Assembly: GCF_009914755.1 (NCBI RefSeq)
Contig: NC_060941.1
Length of the DNA: 64,000 nt
Source: the human T2T-CHM13v2.0 reference genome, Homo sapiens
Strand: one strand, 5' to 3'
In this document: in pieces, positions 52,979-64,000 of the stretch
Numbering within the stretch: the first letter of the stretch is position 1
How the letters are laid out: each line of letters opens with the position of its first letter
The notes under the pieces: generated by a model
What the model saw: only the letters and a program-made list of their open reading frames with translations
Told to the model about the DNA's origin: nothing
The model's database searches: none
Made by a program: the position numbers and the translations under genes

Positions 52979-54228
52979 AACCCAGTTCTTCTGTCTTCAT
53001 TTCCTGCGTGTCCACTGGGTCCTGCTGTCTCCTTTTCTAGCTCTGCCCTGAACCAACCCAGTCAACTTTGGCTTCCTCTCTGGGTCTTAGTGTTTCTGAG
53101 CTGCATAATGGGAGTGGCCATTCTGTGGCATTGATTCTCAATTTTGGCAGATGGCACAAATGAATGGAGAGCATGGGGTAGGTAGCCCTCTGGCCCCTTT
53201 CTCCAGCCCCCAGCTGCCCCCTCTCAGTATCCCTTCCAATCCCTTCCAGTTCCAAACATGTGTAGACTTTTCACTTCCACTTTATTATCACCTCATTAGT
53301 AGGATTTTAAGGTTTATTACCTAGAAGGGAGTGAGGAACTCACACCTTCAGTTCCACTTTTCAAATATACTGTCATCATGTGTGAAAATAACCTTATTAA
53401 CAGCATCTAACCTGCTACAGTTTTGTCTGGGGGGCATCCACATAAATAAATGCAGAAGGAACCAGGGCATGGGCAACAACACAGCTAGCTGGGGTAGTGC
53501 GGCCTCTGGACCTCTGGAACTTTCTTCTAGCCCTTGGGGGTCCTGGAACTATTGTCAGGGTCAGCAGAACTCAGATGAGACCCAGAGCAGCTTTGAGCAA
53601 TTGGCCGCCTTCTCTGGGTCTCCACCTCCTGCCTCCTCCTCTGATGCTCAGAGCTCCTCTAGGAAACAGCTCCTGGGTCTCCCCAGTTCCCCTGTCTCCT
53701 GGATGCTTGTCCAGGATTGATTCTCTGGGCAGCTCCCCTCCAAGCAGTAAATGAAATATTGGTTACCAGGAGTGACACGGGAGGCAATTAACCCTTAGAC
53801 CTCACCATGGCAGATGTGTCTATAGCAAGCTGAAATGGAGAGCCGGGCACACCTGCCTGGCCTTCCTGCAAAGTCATCCAATTAGGGCAGCCCCCAGCAG
53901 TGGGCCCGCTGCCCCCTCTGGTCCCCATAACCTTAGAAACCAGGGCAGCACCAGCTCCTAGGGCTGGTGGCTGCCTCCACACAGGATGGCCTGCCATTTC
54001 TCGTGTGGGAGAGCTCCAGGGGCACCTCCATCCTTACAACCCTCCTGGCAGGGACATTATTCATTAATTAATCACACATCTTCCTAAAGGGGAGGCAGGC
54101 TGGGGAGATTTGTTGCTTCTCCTCCAGAGTGGACATGCCGTTCTGCCTGTCCAGCTCCTTCCCACCACCCACACAGCCCTGCCCCCTGGAATGTTCTTGT
54201 GCCAGAAAAGAACCCTGACCGAGGAAGG

Positions 54229-55012
<784 letters not shown>

Positions 55013-55999
55013 TTCCCTAGAAGGTTCCCCTGCAACTAGGATGTGGCTTGAGTGACAAGCAGCAGGCAAGCTGGCACTGCAGGACACTCCTGGTGCCCTT
55101 CAAAGGTCAAAAAAGTCCTTGGCTTCAGTCCAGCCCCAGCTGTGCCACAGCGTTACTGCATGACCGTGGGCAAGTCACGAATCTTCTTCAGACTGATTTC
55201 TTCACCTACAAAATGGAGATGTTAGCCCCATCTCTCAGAATGACATGAGGATTGTCAAGTTACCAGAAAGAAAAGAAACCAGGCCAGCCAGCCAGTCAGC
55301 CTGCACGCACTACAGAAAAGATTAACATGGCTTTTCTTGTAACAGAGGTCATAGATCAGTCCCAGTGGCCTCTGGGAAAGGTGGGGAGGCCCTCAGGTGT
55401 GGTGGCTGGATAATTCCAGGCCCAAATGGCCATTAGAGAACCCGGGGCTGTGGGCAGCACTGGGGGGCCAGAGGAGTGCCTTCTAATCTAATCACTCTTC
55501 CCACCAAGACTCTCATTCTAGCCAGACCTGCCAGGGGTTTTATTGGGTTTGTGGGGACCCGCAGATTTCAATCTCCAGACCCCACAGGGAAGGAACAAGC
55601 ATTAAGCTAATTTTATTAAATGGCCACAGCTGGCAGTGGGGGAAGTAGGGAAGAGAAGGGAGGATAAAGAAAGTCATTCAAGTCTGCCAGCCATGACAAG
55701 GGTCTATACATGAGGCCTGGCCAGGAGGGAGGCCACCCCTCCTTCCTGTCTCTCCAGCTGAGCTAGACTGGGGAGGGGAAGCCAGATGGGACCTTTCCTC
55801 AATGTAGAGCCTTGGGATTCTCCAAGAGGCTCACTCCATGGCTGCCGCCCAGGGCAGATGCTTGTAAATACATCAGGCGTCTGCAGGGTTGGGGTGGAAG
55901 TGGAAGGGCTGGGCTCAGGCTGCCCCGGTGCCATCCTCAGATCTGCTTTGGAGATCCCAACTCTGAAATATGGTGTACCAGGTAAGAGCATTATCTTTG

Positions 56000-56636
<637 letters not shown>

Positions 56637-57052
56637 ATGTCTTGGATTTTCAAGTGCAATCACAGAACTTAGAAACTATGTAAGCAAGATATTTAACCTC
56701 CCTGCAAGAATAAAATCTAGGTCCAACCTTCCAGGGCTGTTTGGAAAACTTGAGATGACATACTTGGAAGCATTTTGCAAGTTATAGATAAATAATAAAA
56801 GCTATGTTTATTGAGCACATAACAATAAACCTCACGAATCCTCAATCAAGTGAGGTAGGTCTCCTACGTTTATTGATGAGGAAACCGAGGCACAGAGGTC
56901 AAGTGCGTAGACCTAGGTTAACCAGCCTTTAGTCCAAAGGATGTTCCTTTCTATGGCTGTCACTAATCCTAAATTGCGTTGAAAGAAGTGACTTGCCCAG
57001 GATCATACACGGTGGCCCAGAGCCGGACCTAGGTCTCCCTGTTTAAAGATCA

Positions 57053-57541
<489 letters not shown>

Positions 57542-57627
57542 CTAATCTGGAGGAGGGCACGGTCCACCGTCGCCTCCCGCAGCCCTCCCCAGGGCACAGA
57601 CTGAAACCCCTGCGGGGTGAAAATGTT

Positions 57628-57633
57628 TTTATT
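57628..57633 (-). terminator. C1QL1 poly(A) signal
   Basis: AATAAA on - about 475 nt after the stop. Confidence 0.8.
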
Positions 57634-58105
57634 ATAACTTTGGTCAGACGGGGCACAGCCGGGCGGGGGCTCTGAGGGTGCTGGGAAGCTATCCAGCCCC
57701 CAACTCCCCCCTCCCCCGGGCGCGCCACCCCGGAGGGAGCCGAGGGCAGCTCATCTCAGAGCGCAGGAAGCAAACCCGCCGCCGCGACCTCTCCCCAGGC
57801 TGGGGTGGGCTGGCAGGCGGAGGTGGGCAGTAAACAGTCCTATTGTACAAATATATAGCGCGGGCTGGGCGGGGGCGGTCAACCCCGGTTCCCTGGCACG
57901 GGGACAGGGCGCGCTGGGCCCGGCTCTGCAGCGAGCCGGTGGGAGGGCCTAGCTGTGGCCCAGGCGGTGTTGAGCACGGGCCGGGGGCGTCATAGCCGGG
58001 GAGGGCCGGGCAGCGAGCGGGTGGGCGAGGGGCGAGTCATCGTCTGCCCCGCCCGGAGGGGACCCCGGCGGGTGAGGGACGTGGGTGGAGGGAGACGTGG
58101 GGAGC

Positions 58106-58369
<264 letters not shown>

Positions 58370-59212
58370 TCAGCAGACCCAGAAACCTGGCCTCCAGCCT
58401 CGCCTCATCCCTGCCACGCTCCCCCTCCCCCGCCCCCTTCCAATCATACAGGACTTGTTTCAGGAAAGGGGCAGAGAGGATCCCTGGATTTCTAGGGCAG
58501 GTCTGATCTGGGCCTGAATTGGGAGTCAAGGCAGAGTCTTCCTCCTTAACTCTTATAGGGCTTTCCCTCCAGCTGGCTGAGAACCTCAATACCTCCAGGA
58601 AGCCTGGAAGCCTGTCCTTGCAAAGAGGAATTCTCTGGACCTCCAGGGAATGGAGGGCCTTCCCTACTCTCATCATTCCTTCCTCTCTGCTTTCATAATG
58701 ATGCCATCGTTTCAGCCACACCCGCTGGATCTTATGTCAGTGGATGGACACAAGGGCACACCTTGGCCCCACAGGTCAGGCAGCTGGACCAATGCCAGGC
58801 TGCCAGTCAGCAACCACCCTGGAACCAGGGCCAGGTCTTTGGTCTGAAGTGCATTCCAGAGTCTCTCCTGCTGCAGCAGTGAGACAGAAGGCCTGGTAAT
58901 GCTTTCCCCTCCCAGAGTTTAGAAGGGGCCTGGGTGCCAGCCTCCATGGAGCTGTAGCTATGTACCTGTCACTACCCACCCAAAGAGGATTGTAGCTCCT
59001 CCTGTCTCACCTCAGGGTGGTAGAAAGGAACTGGGTGGGAAGAAGGGAATCCAGGCCTTACTTCCCTCTGGGATTCTCAGTCTGATGTGACATCCTTGCT
59101 GGTCCCTGCCTTGATGGGGGATGGGGAGGGACAGGCAGGATAATGGGTCAAGGGAGCACCAGCATTTGGGCTTGGAGCCTGCCGTCACTTTTGGGGGCTC
59201 TGACTATAATCA

Positions 59213-59852
<640 letters not shown>

Positions 59853-61295
59853 TTGTGTGGTGGTGAACGAATGATCTACAGACATTCAGCTAACAGGTAT
59901 GGAAACATAAGTCCTGAGTTTGAGGATCGGGGCCTCTCCAGGGTATCCTGGGTAGAGACATGGAAGAGAAGCGCCCTCTCCAGGACTGTGGCTTGTGGTG
60001 TGGGGAGGCTGCACTGAGTGGAGTTCTCTCAGCCAGGTTTCTCCACGGCCCCTCTCTATCCTGTCCCTTCACTGAAGGCAGCTTACCATCCCAACTCCCA
60101 GGGCTGAAGTCTGGGTAGAACCAAGCCAAATTAGGGGAGGGGCCCATCCTCTCTCCTGGGCTGGAGGCAGCACTGCAGGTCAGCTGTGCCAGACCTGCTG
60201 ACTCAGCCGCGATGCTGCAATGAAGAGGACCCGACATATTTGCATGAGGGCCTCCCTTTAAAGCCCTTCTCCAGCCCCTTCTTTTCCCTCAACCTCTTCT
60301 TCCCAACCTGAGAAGAAACTCTTTGTGTGCTTAGCTGGGAAAACTGGTCTAGTTAAAGGTGGGAGGGAATAAATGAAGGGGGAGATGCTGTCTGCCAAGG
60401 AGCTCAGTTTCTCTGTCTAGAAAATGGATGAGAAGACTTTGCCTCACCACTGCCACCTCTGTAAAAGTCTTTTGATGATAAAGAAAAAAAAACATTAGAT
60501 CTTGATGGGGCTTTGAGTTATTAGGGAAGAGCTGAAAGCAAACAGCCAACTTCTGTATTGTTCCCTGAGCCCTAATCCTGGTAATATTTATTATTACACA
60601 TGCATTTCATTATCTTTGCTAATAAATTACTACTAATAACAAATATTTTTATTGCCCAGATTAATTTAGCCTTAACTCATTAAAACAGTGTGCTCCTTAA
60701 TAGCCAAATCCATTGGAACAGAGTCATCTGTCATCAGGAATCTCCTGGTGATGTGACTGCATCAGAACTGTTATGCTTATGTTTATTATTTATTCATCAC
60801 CATGATTGTTGCCGTAATTATCCTAATTATCCATGGAGGCAGAGAGAATTTATGCCCTTCCATCCTTAGATGGTGGGGGATCCAAGAATGGAACCCAGGG
60901 GTCCCAATTCTCTGCCTGACTGGAGACAGTTGAGGCCTGCAGCTCCTCCTGGGGTCCAAGGGGAAGTGTGGGGAAATGAGGTTGCCAAGGAAGCAGGAAA
61001 GCAGGTTTGGGCCTTGTTATGAGGGAGCGCTGTATAATCAGCTCCTCAAGGGCTGCCAGGAGGGGAAACTGAGGCAATGGTCTGACCAAGGGAACTGGGT
61101 GAGAGGACATCCAGGAAACACGTTCCTGCCCTCAGATCAATGCTGGGGTCTTGGGTGTACAGATGTGGCTCCCATAGGGGAGCCAGCCTGGCCCATGGGG
61201 GACACTTGCATTTTCATACATACATTAACTGCATTCCCACTGTGCCAGGCACTGTGCTCTGTGTTGTGAAAGGTATTAGGGGCCAGAAAGGATAG

Positions 61296-61646
<351 letters not shown>

Positions 61647-62643
61647 TAGGTCTTTATACCACCACCTTCAATTTATATATGCCAGCACCTCTCGCCACAC
61701 TCAGATTCTGTTGTCAAACCCCTGGCCCATTGGTGATACTCACCTCCCCACAGCCTCCTACCCTGGATAAGCAGCACCCTGACCACAGGCCCTGGCACAT
61801 CCTCACAAAGCCCCCTGCCCAGTTTATTAATTTTGTGTCCTCTCCAACCCACCTGAACTGTGGATCTTGGAGGCAGCTGCAGGCAACTCACCACACCCAG
61901 GGCCCCACTGCCAACCCAGAGTCCTTTCCCCAGGCTCCTTGCATCCTAATGGCCAGGACTTGGTGCCATCAGGGGTGCTGATGCAAGGCTACCCCTAAGG
62001 ACTGGGGCCAGTGGGCCTCAGATAAGGACAGAGGGAGCCTCAGTGCCAGGCATGAAGGTGGTGCTCCCCATCCCGAACTTGCCCGGAGAGGAGGCAGAGC
62101 CCAGATTCAGCTCTGCCTCCCTAAAGAAATTCTGGAAGCCTCTCTACAGGCAGGAAGCCAGGAAGGAAAAGCGCAGTGCTCAGGGTGGCCCCTGGTTCTG
62201 AAGTCACAAGAGATACAAGCTTCTCTCTTTTGTTCCCATACATTGTCTGGTCCTGCCATTTTTTTCTCTGCTTATTTAAATGTCCTTGTCCACCTCTGAG
62301 CTGGCTTTCCCCTACACTTGACCTTTTATATTCTCCCTTGTGGTATCTCCTCACCTTGCAGACCAAGGTTCACCATCTTCTCCCCCTGCATCAGGTTGGT
62401 CTGCACCAGGGTAGGCCCTACTGAAGCACTCCCTCCCAGCCAACACATTTGGGGACCAAAGTCATCAGCTGGGCTCCCAGCCCACCTTTAACACAGTATT
62501 CGTTGGGGCGTGTGGTTGTATGTTATGAATGTTCCCCCTGCATAGGCCATGAGGTCTTGGAGGGCAAGTGGACTGAACTCCTACAAAGCCTCAAATCTGG
62601 CTCCTAGTAGGGGCTCAAAACTAACAAGTGGGATGGCTAGTGA

Positions 62644-63369
<726 letters not shown>

Positions 63370-64000
63370 TCTCCTGTTTTTCTTTTGAGGGGGCTGGTCT
63401 GAATAACTATTAAAGTGCTGGGCCTTTGAAACCCCTAGTTAAAGCCACCTCCTTTTTTCCTACTAGCCTGTGGTCCCATCTCCAGTGAGCACCCCTTCAT
63501 CAGACTCTGTCAACACCCTGCCCCTGCTGGAGGGAAAAGGAGCTTTTGAGATGGTTTTACCTCCCAGTGACTGAAGCAAGTTCCCCATTCTAAGCACATA
63601 GCATCTCCGGGGCCTCTTGTTGCCTCATCTCTGGGGACCTGCTGGGACTTCCTGAGGTGGTGCAGGGTCTAGGGCCAACCTGTGGCCCAATGACTGCCTC
63701 CCTATCCAGGCAAGCTGCCAATCCCCTGAAACCTCAGCTCTGTGTCAGCCCAAACTTCTTTGGGAAAGGAAGACATTCCATTGATGAAGGTGACATTGCT
63801 GCATCCCTTATTGGTGATTAATAGGGGGAATCATGGGGCTGTCTGCAGAATGAGCCTTTGCTGGATACTGGGGCCTCCCATTTGGTCAGGAACCAAGGAC
63901 AAAGAGGAGAGACACGGGGATGTCTGATAGACACACGTGGGAAAGAGAGACATACAAGGAATAGAGAAGAGTGGGGTTAGATCCGGGGAGGAGAGGCCAG

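Overview
This is a human genomic segment, recognisable as the 17q21.31 CCDC103/FAM187A-GFAP-KIF18B-C1QL1 interval; a human-specific AluYb8/9 copy supports the species call. On the + strand are the last coding exon of CCDC103 (DNAAF19) and the single-exon FAM187A ORF. On the - strand are complete GFAP (9 exons, 432 aa, plus the alternative delta/epsilon, kappa and lambda ends and its classic promoter/enhancer), complete KIF18B (non-coding exon 1 plus 15 coding exons, CHR/CCAAT promoter, intronic mirtron MIR6783) and the last exon of C1QL1. I placed exon boundaries by hand from GT/AG sites, and the phases sum to intact ORFs. The rest is Alu-dense, with MIR, L1 and L2 remnants; repeat boundaries are approximate. 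This is a well-studied locus and I see no wholly new gene system. The most unusual signals are: (i) a branch point and acceptor 2 nt before the FAM187A ATG, which makes that exon dual-frame relative to CCDC103; (ii) a 17-bp triplication at the KIF18B stop that places stops in all three frames; (iii) two oppositely oriented degenerate ~42-bp tandem arrays that look L2-derived; (iv) a candidate divergent transcript with a 30-codon sORF at the KIF18B promoter; and (v) apparently non-reference alleles (GFAP-delta Val426, promoter -250A) and a young AluYb9 insertion.
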